From Octopus bimaculoides (lineage: Eukaryota), in the NCBI RefSeq assembly GCF_001194135.2, contig NC_069004.1, forward strand, positions 22,583,883 through 22,638,481: DNA of 54,599 nt. The letters are read 5' to 3'. Below the pieces are notes generated by a model. It was not told where the DNA came from and searched no databases. It was given only the letters and a program-made list of their open reading frames with translations. The translations under genes and the position numbers were made by a program. Every line of letters begins with the position of its first letter. Within the stretch, counting starts at the first letter, position 1. This document shows, in pieces, positions 25,090-36,589 of this stretch.

Positions 25090-25990
25090 CCTTTCTACTA
25101 TAGGTATAAGGTCTAAAACTGTTTAGAGAGGAAGCTGGTTGATAATAATAATGGTTTCATATTTTGGCACAAGGCCAGCAATTTGGGGGAAGGGGATAAG
25201 TTAATTACTTTGACCCTAGTACTTAACTGGTACTTATTTTGTCAACCCCGAAAGGATGAAAGGCAAAATAATTCTTTCTACTAGAGGCGTAAGTCTTGAG
25301 ATTTTAGACTAGATTTAGTTGACATAATCAACTAAGTCCCTCCCCTAAAATATACAACTAGCACATATTGTATTGAACTTGAAAGGATGAAAAGAAAAGT
25401 TGACCCTGGCAGAATTTGAACTCAAAATGTACCAACAGATGAAATGCCACTTAGTATTTTGCCCAACATGCTAACAATTCTATCAGCTCGCCACCTTAAT
25501 AATGATAATAATAACTGTTTCTGATCTGGGAGTTAAATGATGCCATTAACCCCGAGGACTTAACTGATATTTTATTTTATTGATCTCCAAAGAATGAAAT
25601 GCAAAGTTGACTTCAGAAGGATTTGAACTCAGACTGTCAGAAGAAATACAGCAGAGTACTTTGTCAAGTTCTCTAATAATTCTGCGAGTCTACCACAACC
25701 ACCACAACCACCACTACCTAATAATAATAATAATAATGATAATCCTTTCTACTTTAGGCACAAGGGCTGAAATGTTTTAAGAGGGAGCTAGTTGATTACA
25801 TCAACCCCAGTGCTCAACTGGTATTTATTTTATCAACCCCAAAAGGATGAAAGGCAAAATCGACCTTGGTAGAATTTGAATTCAGAATGTAAAGTTGGAT
25901 AGTTTGTAATTTAGGCAGAAGTCAGCAATTTTTAAGGAGAGGGTGTTAGCTAATTGCATTGACAATTTTGGAAACTTGACTGGCAAAATT
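23720..25990 (-). mobile_element. Array of about 9-10 SINE type B copies, all co-oriented, with (AAT)n linkers
   Basis: Units start near 23727, 23975, 24230, 24840, 25085 (tail only), 25145, 25265, 25515, 25735 and 25910, with two alternative tails (ctttctactataggcacaaggcc / ggtttcatattttggcacaaggcc). Confidence 0.88.
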
Positions 25991-26637
25991 GACCTTGGTA
26001 GTGATTTCTATTATTAGTCAAAAGTGCCCAAAGCTTGGGTAATTTGTACAAGGACAAAATAAGAAGACTTGGGGTTTAAATTAAGTAAAATGGAGGCAAA
26101 AATCAAAAACAATAAAATGTCAACCAAGTCCTTCATAGAAGACAAAATCCATTTAGAACCATCCAGGGTAGTTCATACAAAAAGCCTGGATTATTCTGGT
26201 GCATTATCATCATCATTTAATGCCTGCTCTCTATGGCTTGGATGATTTGACAGGCTGACAAGTTGGAGAGCCATGTTATATTCAAATGATTTTTCATTTA
26301 TGTTTAAAGTCAAAATTATTTTCTGGGTAGGAGGAACAGTCAGTCACATCCGCTCCAGTTTCTGACATGTACTTATTTACTTCAAATGAATGAAAAGCAG
26401 TCAATCTTAGCAATTTGTTCATGATGAAAATCGCAACTTTTGATGAAGAGTGCAATTAATTACATCAACTTCCGTACCTGACTGATACTGACTTTATCTT
26501 ACCCCAGGAGGAGGGAAGACAAAATCAGCTGTGGAGAGATAGGAATTCAGAATGTAAAGAAATGCAAGTAAACATCACAGTACATTTTGTATGATACTCT
26601 ACAGATTCTGCCACCCTTCACCCTCCAATAATAATAG

Positions 26638-27010
26638 TCTTTTCTTTATCAATCACAAGGGATTGATGAGATACAATAAAATACAATGGACAATAAAGAA
26701 AGAGAAGATTTAGAAAATGTGGGGATAGACAAACAAATTTGTACAAAACAGGGAAAGATAATTAAAATTTTTTAAAAATGAAATAAATATAAAATAATAT
26801 GAAACAAATAATAGAACAAGATGTAATTTTAAACAAATTCTAAAGTCTTTCAGATTATCCACATATACACAAAGGTGGGAACCCAATGGCTAAGTTGAGC
26901 TAGAGTACCCCATTACTCTCACCATTCCTTGTACTGAGTTCAGGTGCACCCAAAAGCATCCATTCACAATTTTTAGGTTTGGTGGGTTTGGAAAATCCCA
27001 GTGTGCTCAG
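26638..27010 (-). mobile_element. Second, diverged Tx1-like 3' end
   Basis: aataataatagtcttttctttatcaatcacaaggg parallels aataataattaattctggttttattggccacaaggg at 7775-7807. It has a pyrimidine-rich UTR and a coding remnant SVQGMVRVMGYS similar to NVGKIASMNGPI. Confidence 0.5.
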
Positions 27011-27014
27011 ATCC

Positions 27015-28163
27015 TTTTTTCATATACGCATGAAATTACTTCCAAAATTCACTTGTCCGTGATGAAAAATACTCCAGTACTGTTCTGACCTCATCTACAG
27101 AATTCATATTTTTTCCATCCAAATGATTTTGAAGACTGCAGAATAAATGATAATCAGATGGGGCAATGCCTGGCAAATATGGTGGATGGGGCATCGTTTC
27201 CCATTCAAACTGCTCCAGCTTTTGAAATGTCATCCTAGCTGTATGTGGCCAAGCATTTTCCTGATGGAAGAACACCTTTTGTCTTGAAACCAAAGATGGT
27301 CATTTTTCTTCTAGCGCTGACTTAAGCCTCTCAAGCTGCTTGCAGTAGATCTTTGTTATCATTTGGTTTGGGTTTAAAAGTTCAAAGTGGACTAAACCTT
27401 TCATCCCACCAAATAGATAACAACACCTTACATGGGTGAAGACCTTTTTTAGCCTGGGGTGCCAGTGTTTCTCATTTCCCTACCCACTGTTTTTGGCACT
27501 TGACATTTTTATAGAGAACCTATTTCTCATCACCAGTCACTATTCGGTCCAAAAAAAGGTTCATTCATGAGATGTGGTAGTTAAGAAGAGCACACATTCA
27601 CTCTCTGTGTGTAATTAGACTTGGAAAGTTTGTGAGGAATACATTGACCCAATTTGCTGACTTTTCCAATGGCATGCAGGTGTCAATGAATGGTTGAACA
27701 ACCAAGTCCAAGTTTCTTTGCTAGTTCCTCAACAGTTATGATGGGATTTTGTTCCACCAACGTTTGCAGGGTATCTTCTTCGAGCTCTACAGATCTTCCA
27801 GGACAAGGCTCATCTTCTAGGCTGTAGTTTCCAGCTCAGAATTTCTGGAACCACCATTGAAACTAGCTTGCATTTATTGTCTGATCCCCATATACTGCAT
27901 TAATATTCCTCACACTTTCAGTTGCATTGTTGCCTTTATCAAACTCTTAAAACAAAATATGCTGAATATGCTCCTTTGTCACTTCCATTATAACATTGAA
28001 AAATTAACCATTAAAATCAAACTACACTCTTCTAAATTTACACTAAGAACAAAATAAATTACTACCTGCTTTTATAGCAAGTTGATGCAGGTAGTTTATC
28101 TTGTCCCCGTCCAACTTTTAATTCATGCAATTGAAAAACTGCATTATTTATGGGACGACCCAA
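27015..28163 (-). mobile_element. Mariner (DD34D-type) transposon, degenerate
   Basis: VFFHQENAWPHTARMTFQKLEQFEWETMPHPPYLPGIAPSDYHLFCSLQNHL. The 5' TIR reads ta|ttgggtcgtcccataaataatgc on the minus strand; the 3' TIR is not evident. Confidence 0.88.
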
Positions 28164-28541
28164 TACATATATTCTACCTCTTTGTTATTCTGTCACATTA
28201 CTGTGAATTCCATGGCATTTTTCTGAGAAGATGAAGTCCCTTCACACTTTTCCATCACTTTTTATTGGAGTTCATATAACAGAATGTAAGCGTCTTGATA
28301 AAAAAAATTGGGCATAAGAGGCATCAGATGTGGTGTGCAAGAGAGAAAACTGTGCTGGTATGGATGTACCACATTAGTCTCGTTGAGTCTCATGGGAGCT
28401 ATGACAAGTGATTGAGACCTTTGGCAATTTGCAGTGCTTGAGAAGACACATCAACCCAAGTGAAATCTTTTCTTTTCAATCATCTAGTGCTTTCCTGACG
28501 TTTCTGACTGTGCAAAGGAGGCAAATTTATTGTAACAACTC

Positions 28542-28578
<37 letters not shown>

Positions 28579-28623
28579 ATAATATTTTAAAAGGATGGAT
28601 GTAACTCTTCACAAAGGTAAACT

Positions 28624-28815
28624 GACAAGACGAAGAGCGCAATGCAATTTCAATAAATATTTTATTGGTTGAACGATATTTCTAAAAGATTTGAATTTCT
28701 ATAATTTTGAATTTTTATCACTTTTTATTTTGAACTCAACAAAGACAGGCTTGCTGTCAATATTGTTCAACCAATAAAATATCTATTGCAATCACATCAT
28801 GTTCTTTGTCTTGTC
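28624..28815. repeat. Imperfect inverted repeat, 57-bp arms, ~78-nt spacer (MITE-like remnant)
   Basis: gacaagacgaagagcgcaatgcaatttcaataaatattttattggttgaacgatatt versus aatattgttcaaccaataaaatatctattgcaatcacatcatgttctttgtcttgtc. Confidence 0.75.
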
Positions 28816-28889
28816 TATTATTATTATTATTATTATCATTATAAAATCTAAAAGGAATATGTATCATCATCAAATAATAAAACATGAAA

Positions 28890-29050
28890 TCTTCTTGTTG
28901 CTCGGGTTTTATTATCTGATGGTGACACAAATTTCTTTGAGATTCTTGCAGGACTACTAAAAGGTGACACTCTTGCACCTTTCCTTTTAATTGAAACCTT
29001 TGGACTACTTATTGAAAATTGCTCTATCAAATTCAAACAAACAGGTTTCA
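28890..29050 (+). mobile_element. LINE RT fragment
   Basis: ARVLLSDGDTNFFEILAGLLKGDTLAPFLLI, corresponding to the GVxQGDxLAPxLF domain. Confidence 0.75.
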
Positions 29051-29717
29051 AAAAAATGTTATAGAATATTGGCATAAAGGAATAATGGAATGACCTAATG
29101 AGCAACAAAATTTCAAAAAGAAAACCAAAATGGCTGCATGAACAAGTGTTTAATTGTCAAAGATAAGCTATAATTACTAATATCAAATAGAAATGTGCGT
29201 TGCTATTTCACAGCGACAGAAAATAGTTGCTATGAATTTTGACTGTTCTTTTTCTCTTCTTTCTGCTTCTGATGTACCATTTTAGTTTCAATAAATAGCA
29301 TAATCTGCAAGGAACGCCCACCTTCTCAGATACATATAAGTAAATATGTCTAATGTGCCACAGGGACAAAGTATTGATTGCTTTTGTTATAAATATAGAT
29401 GCAATATGTGATGACTTAAAACAACTCTTAGTGAATTTAGACATTTTATACTTTATACCTGTACATGCATGCATCCATCTATCCACTAATACATGTATAT
29501 GAATACACACACACAGACATACATAGATAGACTTACATGGATGCAGGCATAAATATGTGGTTAAAAAGCTTACTCCTCAACCATGAGGTTTCAGTTCCAG
29601 TTCTATTGCATGTCACCTTGGGCAAGTGTCTTTTATCATAGCATCAGGTTGACTAAATGGCTTTATGGCTGCATTTGGTGGAAGGAAACTGAAAGAAGCA
29701 TGTGCGCATGCACGCAT

Positions 29718-29785
<68 letters not shown>

Positions 29786-30272
29786 CATCTATGCTGCTAA
29801 CATGTAAAAGGCACCTGTGCCAGTGATATGTGAAAGTGTTATATCCTTGTGGATAAATGAATACACTGCAACAGTGTAATAACGATGTAATCAAAGCAAA
29901 TGGCAGTAACCACATGGAACGTAACAACAATCTTTTAAGAACCAACAATCCAACATGCTAACTTGGTGTCTGAACTTTGAATTTCAACGCACAAACTGTG
30001 GAACTAGTATGATGATTTTATTCAAACCACAAGGGTTAAATAAAGAGAGGACAATACATGGGACAAATGGGTCAGGGACTTATCGAAGGATATTACATAT
30101 ATGAATGAATACACTATAATTTCAGATGAAAATGAAACAAAAATCAATGGACACGGAATGGGTTTGACCACACCAACCATATTCCTGCGTTGAACTGTTT
30201 ACTTCATCCTTTTTAAAAAATTTTTATTCCTCTTAATTAGACAGTTACATACCCAACATTCGGGCTGCTTAC

Positions 30273-30323
30273 TTCCATCTTCTTTCGTACTTTTTTGATA
30301 TCAGATATTTCTTCTCCAGACAT
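30273..30323 (-). CDS. Candidate first coding exon of an unidentified host gene (MSGEEISDIKKVRKKME)
   Basis: gggaaagcATGtct (A at -3), 17 open codons and a GAA|gtaagc donor. An alternative donor GG|gtatgt lies about 20 nt further downstream. It is adjacent to the CpG-rich segment. Downstream exons were not identified. Confidence 0.45.
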
Positions 30324-30456
30324 GCTTTCCCTCTTAGGTGATATGAAAAGAAGTTAACCAAAGCATGCCCGGAGACGAAGTATGGAAGACGTGTGGAAAA
30401 GGTATTGCATCAGGCACCTGATGCGATACCTCTTCCACACGTCTTCCATATCACCT
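30309..30456 (-). other. Structured RNA element: two adjacent hairpins plus a competing helix
   Basis: Hairpin A 30381-30414/30417-30450 (34 bp, one wobble, one mismatch). Hairpin B 30309-30328/30360-30379 (19 of 20 pairs on the minus strand). Alternative helix 30336-30349/30443-30456. Confidence 0.7.
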
Positions 30457-30730
30457 CTTTCGCTATAACTATAATGGCTAGAAAACAGAATTTCTCTTCT
30501 CCTTTTAGTGGAGACAGTGGAATGATCTTAATAATTGATTTGGCTCACAACTGTATTTATTCTCCCCAGCTGTGACCGTACCCATTCGGTAGAAACCCAC
30601 AGATCCGAGAGACTCAGACGCTGCACGATTGCATGCAGAACAGTTTCGTTGCTCTGCCTGCAATGTAAGCACGTAGGCGAAACCGTGATGCCGTGCCTTG
30701 CAAGTTTGTCCCAAATTGGTAAGGCACTTC
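30330..30730. promoter_or_regulatory. CpG-rich putative bidirectional promoter/5' UTR region
   Basis: Visibly CpG-retaining segment with no recognisable TE, lying between two divergent ATG+donor candidates; host DNA elsewhere in the window is CpG-poor. Confidence 0.45.
30688..30718 (+). CDS. Candidate first coding exon of a divergent gene (MPCLASLSQI, phase 1)
   Basis: accgtgATGccg...ATTG|gtaagg donor. Confidence 0.3.
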
Positions 30731-31329
30731 GAAAGAATCAATAAAGAATCAACAAGGAGAATCTTTTTATAGAGAAATTCCAAACACTTCTTAACATACA
30801 AACCCCTCAGTGACCATATTCCCTTCTCTCGCCTACCCATTGAAATACTTATAAATTTACTTTTTGTTTTTCTAAGAACAGACATAAACTTCCTGTTGAC
30901 AAAGAGTTCAGAACTCCAACTAAAGAGTATAAAACCTACAGAATTGTCTTCCCTTACACACACTTCTTGTTTTGACACCACACTTCCTGTTTTGACACCA
31001 CACTTCCTACTTAACACATAAACTTTCAGCCCTCTTTTTTTTAAACACAACTTTTAATTCCATGCATCCTAATCTTTCTAATAATTATCTACATGGATTA
31101 CCATTGAACTTTAAAAGCGCAAAGACAATATAATGTATTGGTATATTTATTTTTTTATTATTTTTTTGTAAAAAACATTTTCATTCTCCCTCTTCTTGAA
31201 AATTTGCCATGCAATGAAAGCCGGTTAGAAATCCTTTTTAATCCTCCTTATACACATCTATATTAAAATATGCTTTCAGTTTAGCATTCTGCCTTATTAT
31301 TATTTTTTATTTTCCTATATATATATGTA

Positions 31330-34060
31330 TATATATTTTTATAAGTCTCTCTTTCACTTGGACATTATCTCAAGGTGTTTGGTCTGCTTTCTTTTTCTCA
31401 TGCTGGTTCTACATGACTCTTTTATCTTTGGTACCAGTACACTGAATATTTCACCGAATATTTCCATGGGAAATTCTTCCTGCTCTTGGGTATGTCTCTT
31501 CCTTGGGGACACCATATCACATAAACAATTCATATAAGAGCTTTATAATTGTCTTAGCACCTGAAAACCTCCAGTCACTTGGTACAGCTATCTACTACAA
31601 TTAGGTAGTAAGCACCATTTACCGGTCCAGCATAGCCAATGTGTAAGCTAGACCATGGTTTCTCTGTCTCTGGCTACAATTGATATTTTTACTGGCAGGG
31701 CTTTGGCCACAAGCATGCAAGCTCGGTATATTCTCACCAAGTTTTTGATATCTCAGTCCATAGATGGCCAATAGACATAACTCCTCATCAGAGCCTTCAT
31801 CCTTACCATTCCTGGATGTCTGCTGTTGTACACTTTTTTGTAATGTAGTTGGAACCACCACTCTTTGAGCATACATCAGAATATTATCGCAAACTGAAAA
31901 GCTACTGGCATCTGAATTTTTATTTTGTTTATTTTTTAAAGCTTTTTTAAAATTTTCATAATATACTTATCACCTACAGCTTTCATTCTTATATCCTGTG
32001 TAGTTCTTGGATAACATTCAACATAACACTTTTATTTCCACTTTCTGTGGCTATAACAGTCTCTTCTATTGGTTCCATAATTTTTAGAATTAATCTCAAA
32101 AGGCAGTCCACATGACCGATATTTTTCGATGGAATGTATTGCATTTTGAAGATATAATTTAGTAATATTACACCCCAACGTTGCAGGTGGTTCACAATAT
32201 GAGTTGGTAACCCTTTTTTAAACCCATAAATTGACAGCAAAGGTATATGGTCTGTTTACAATAAAAAAAACTTCTGCCATGCAGAAACCTGTAAAATTTT
32301 TTAACTGCAAAAATAATTGCTAGGGCCTCCTTTCCAATTTGACTATATCTCTTCTCTGCCACTATTACAGAGCATGAAACATGAACCACTGGTTTTCTAC
32401 TTCCCTCTTCATATTTATGAAGTAGATCTGCACCTAATCCATGCTCAGAAGCATCAGACGCTACTATGATGTTCATTTCAGGATCGTAATGTGCTAATGA
32501 CAAGTCTTAGATTAGAATTTTTTTTATTTCTTCAAAAGTGTTCTGGCATTTAATGGACCAATTCCACTTTATTCCTTTTTTTAATAAGTCATTCAATGGA
32601 GCTCTTAACTTGTGCATATTAGGAATGTAGTTTTGGGAGTAGCTTGCCAGCCCAAGAAATGCTTGTAAAGTTGGAATATTTGTCCACGCAGGCATATTCC
32701 TTATTGCATCTGCCTTCAATGGGTCAGGATATCTACTACTTTTATCAATTATTTGCCCTAAGTACTTAATTTGGGGTAGAAAGAATTTGCATTTTGCTTC
32801 ACTTAAAGTGAATCCAAAAACTTTAATTTTCTTAAACACAGCTTTTGTGTTCCACATGCTGTTCACAAGAATTACTCTTGATGAAAATATTTCCAGGGAT
32901 GGGATTGAAAATTCACAATTGGATAACATGGTATCCATGATTTTGCTGGAATATTGCTGGTGCCACTTTTAATCCAAAAGGTAATCGTGTGTATCTCTAC
33001 AATCCTCTGTGTGTATTTATGGTCAAATACTTTGAGCATTTTTCATTTACTTTTATCTGTAAATAGGCTTCAGACAGATCTAATTTCAAAAAAGTTTTTC
33101 CACCATTTAACTCTTAAAAAAAATGTCCTCTGCAGTCGGGAGTGGATGGTGGTATGTTTTTAAGCAGTTGTTAAATCTTGTAGAGAAATCAGCACACAGC
33201 CTAATCTTATTATTTTTTTCTTTAATACATATCGTGGGTTCCACCCACTTCAAGTAATCCACCTTTTTGATGACTCCACTCTTTTTGAGTCTGTCCAACT
33301 CTTCATTTACGGTTTCAATTGCCGCAAACAGTACTTTTCTGTTTGCTTTAAATACAGGTACAATGTTTTCACTTACTTGGAAATAGGCTTCCTCCTTTCT
33401 ACATAGACCTAAATCTTCTGATAACACTTGTGGGAACATTTTTTTTCAATATTTTCTTCAGTTCTTCTGAAGACTTGTTTTTAACAAGACAACCATTTAT
33501 GTTATTGCAGTAAAGATTTATGGGGAGGTGCCATAAACTGAATAGTTTAAACCAATCTGGGCCAAACAGATTGTATTATCCATAAAGAATAATTTTGCTT
33601 CATGTGTCTCTCCTTGAAATGTGATGTCAATACATGTTTTGCCCATGAAATGTAATTTATCACCTGATACACCATGCGCTATTTTTACCATTTTACATAA
33701 TCTCAATTTGCCAATTGTTTTTCCAAGTGTCTGCATTTATTATGAAGATGCCACTACCTGAGTCTAACTGTAATCTGGTATTCACATCATTTATCTTTAG
33801 ATGCACAAATTTTCTTGTTTTTCCGGTGCAGTCACTCTCTGCTGAAAACACCTTAGAACTTTTTGTGTTTGAGCCTTGTAGTCTTGTTCTACAATTAGAA
33901 CTCCCATGTTCCAGCTTCTGACAACTACAGCACTTTTTGTTTTTAAATGGACAATCCTTTTCGTAGTGTAGGCCTCCACAACAATAACACGGATCGGGGC
34001 CTAACACTTTTTTTTATTGTGCTTCCCAGGACAACACATTTGAATTTTTGCAGAGAATCC
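31330..34060 (-). mobile_element. Ty3/gypsy LTR retrotransposon internal region, degenerate, no LTRs found
   Basis: Tandem zinc knuckles (CYCCGGLHYEKDC, CCSCQKLEHGSSNC), protease LDSG, RT (KIRLCADFST, YLGQII), RNase H (ASDASEHGLGA, YSQIGKEALAIIFAVKKF) and integrase zinc finger (HPGMVRMKALMRSYVYWP), in gypsy order. Confidence 0.92.
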
Positions 34061-35443
34061 TTGCACAGTTAAAATAATGAAAGTGGTTGATGCAATATAA
34101 AACAAAAAGGAAAAATTCAATTGTCACTAATAGTGATTGAGGATGTAAGGTAGCACCTACATTGCTAGAAACAAGAGTTAAAGACACTTATAGCCACAAA
34201 CAGCATATGGTCTGTGTACTGATGGGGGAGATAACCACCCCACAGTGAGTGAGGTCACTATCCTAGCAAGCTAGTTTTGCTTGGAATTAAAGCTCATCAA
34301 TAGTGATCACTCCATCGTTAATGCTAAATCCTACCTGTCAGTATATAGTATTTACCATATGAGTCAATGGATGATTCAGCAAAATGGTAATGTGAATACA
34401 TACATACATACATATATTATACACACTCACACACATATAACTTATAGATGAATTTTACCTACGTATCTTTGTATACAAACTATGCTAACACCTCATATGT
34501 TTTCCCTTCTTTATTGTTAATAAAATTATCATAATGTATATTGACTGCTTTATCCATTGGCTTACATTATGAATGATTGCCTTCATCTTTTGCACAAGAT
34601 CTAATTTATGCTTCAATCCAGCCCACGAAGTTCAACATTTCTAACTTAACAGATTATTTATTGACCCTGTAAAAAGTTGTTTTGATGGATTTGAATGCAG
34701 AATGTAATTTCTAAGATAGCCATCATGTCATGCATTTTTGCAAGAGGGTACAGTTGATTATATCAACTCTATTACTTGATCGGTAGTTTATTTTATTGAC
34801 CACAGAAGGATGAAAGGCAAAGTTAATCTCAGCCAGAATTGAACTCAGAATAAAAATGATTATAACTAAATACACCAAGGCATTCATCTTTCATTCTACC
34901 AATTCACAAAATCTCTTTCATTCACTGCAATAAATAAACATATATGCTAATAAAACAAGCCAAACCACATGAATTTATGTGGAAATAAGAAATCCTTAGT
35001 GACAAAAATAATTTAAGTTTGTTGAGGGAAATTTGGCAGGTTCAACAGCTAAATGGTATTCCTGCTTGCAACTCATCGAAAGAAAAAGTAAGAAGAAAAA
35101 GAAAAGTCAAATATAAAACCATAGTTCAAGAAAACTAATGTTGGCCTGTGTTGTCAAAATTTGGTCAGTGTAGTTTATATGCCATGGGGAGAAAGGAATC
35201 CTCATGTTTTGGGTCTGATCTTTCAACTGAGAGAGAAAACTTAACTATTTTGAAGTTATAGCAGTTTGTAGAATATATTCATAGCAAATATAAACAAAAA
35301 AAAAAAAAAAACAAGAGTCCAAGGAAAGTTGTTGAGGCCTCTGTTGGTAAAAAAATTGGCTGTAATAGTAAGTACTATGGGAGAGATGAAAATCCTTGTG
35401 TTTTGCATGGACCTAACACTTAACCTGTGTGTGTGTGTGTTTG

Positions 35444-35480
<37 letters not shown>

Positions 35481-36402
35481 AAAATGAAAGTATTTTTTAA
35501 AAAATTTGGAGGTAGCACTGAGAACACACACACACACACGCGCCGCGTAGATAGATTGGGGAGTAGGGAGAGAAGGGTATAAATAAGCAAGCAAAATGGG
35601 TGATGGTAGGAGATCAATAGCCAGAGTGACAAAGGAAAGTGCATGTTTTGGGTGGTGATAAATTAAACAGTCTGATACAGGAGTGTTGTTGGAAATATTC
35701 ATAGTAAGAGAAGAGAGTAAGGAAGAAGTGGGTGGTGGGGATGCTACATTGCCTGTGATTTATGACACACATAGACAATATGATGATGATGGTGATGGAG
35801 GTGGTGGTGGGGTTGGTGATGATGATGATCACCACCATCATCGTTTTGAGGTTTCAAACTCTATCAATAATTCAACCAGGAATTTCTTCCTTTGAAGTAT
35901 TCTTGAAAGCTTTTTGGTATGGAGTTTGTTTGAATCTCCTTGGAACCATATTCCGTATCATGTCTTCTTATGTTGTTGCTGTTAGTGCTTATTTTATAGC
36001 TTGATATCAGAAGGCTGTAAATTATAATGTTTGGTAATATAGATCTAAAAAAAAAAGAATAAAATAAATTTGTGTATGTAAATATTTATGTATGTGTGTA
36101 TGTGTATTGATAGAACTCATATAGATATATCTGTGTTTGTATGCAAATACACACACACATATATTCACATATACACACTTTTAAATACACAAACAAGCAT
36201 TTTTGCATAAATTATGTATTATTTTCTGAAAGATTTACATGTGAACTTATTTTCACATAATATCTATCTATTTAGACACACACACACACACGCACACTCA
36301 CACATATATTTGAACATATGTGTTTTTGTGTATTAAGTATTATTATATATTTTATGATGCAGTGTTTCAAGAAAATCTATGCAGATACTCACACATACTT
36401 AC

Positions 36403-36522
<120 letters not shown>

Positions 36523-36589
36523 CATGTTAGTGTGTGTGTGTGTGTGTGTGTAATTTGAGTGTACTAAACCTGACTGCCTCCAAAATAGA

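Noticed and set aside
23720-25990. Repeat-spacer appearance suggestive of a CRISPR array
   Set aside because: Units are ~200-bp SINEs joined by (AAT)n in a eukaryotic context, and no cas genes are present.
30381-30450. Assignment of hairpin A to miR-7 (shared uggaagac start)
   Set aside because: Similarity ends after 8 nt, and the stem is too perfect with too small a loop for that family.
30645-30730. Stem followed by CGAAAC, plus a neighbouring hairpin (hammerhead or snoRNA idea)
   Set aside because: No CUGANGA upstream of the stem and no complete C/D boxes.
30505-31050. 181-aa minus-strand ORF over the CpG-rich region
   Set aside because: No recognisable domain. It begins in a tandem repeat and low-complexity tract and is probably a by-product of local composition, although it cannot be excluded as a uORF.
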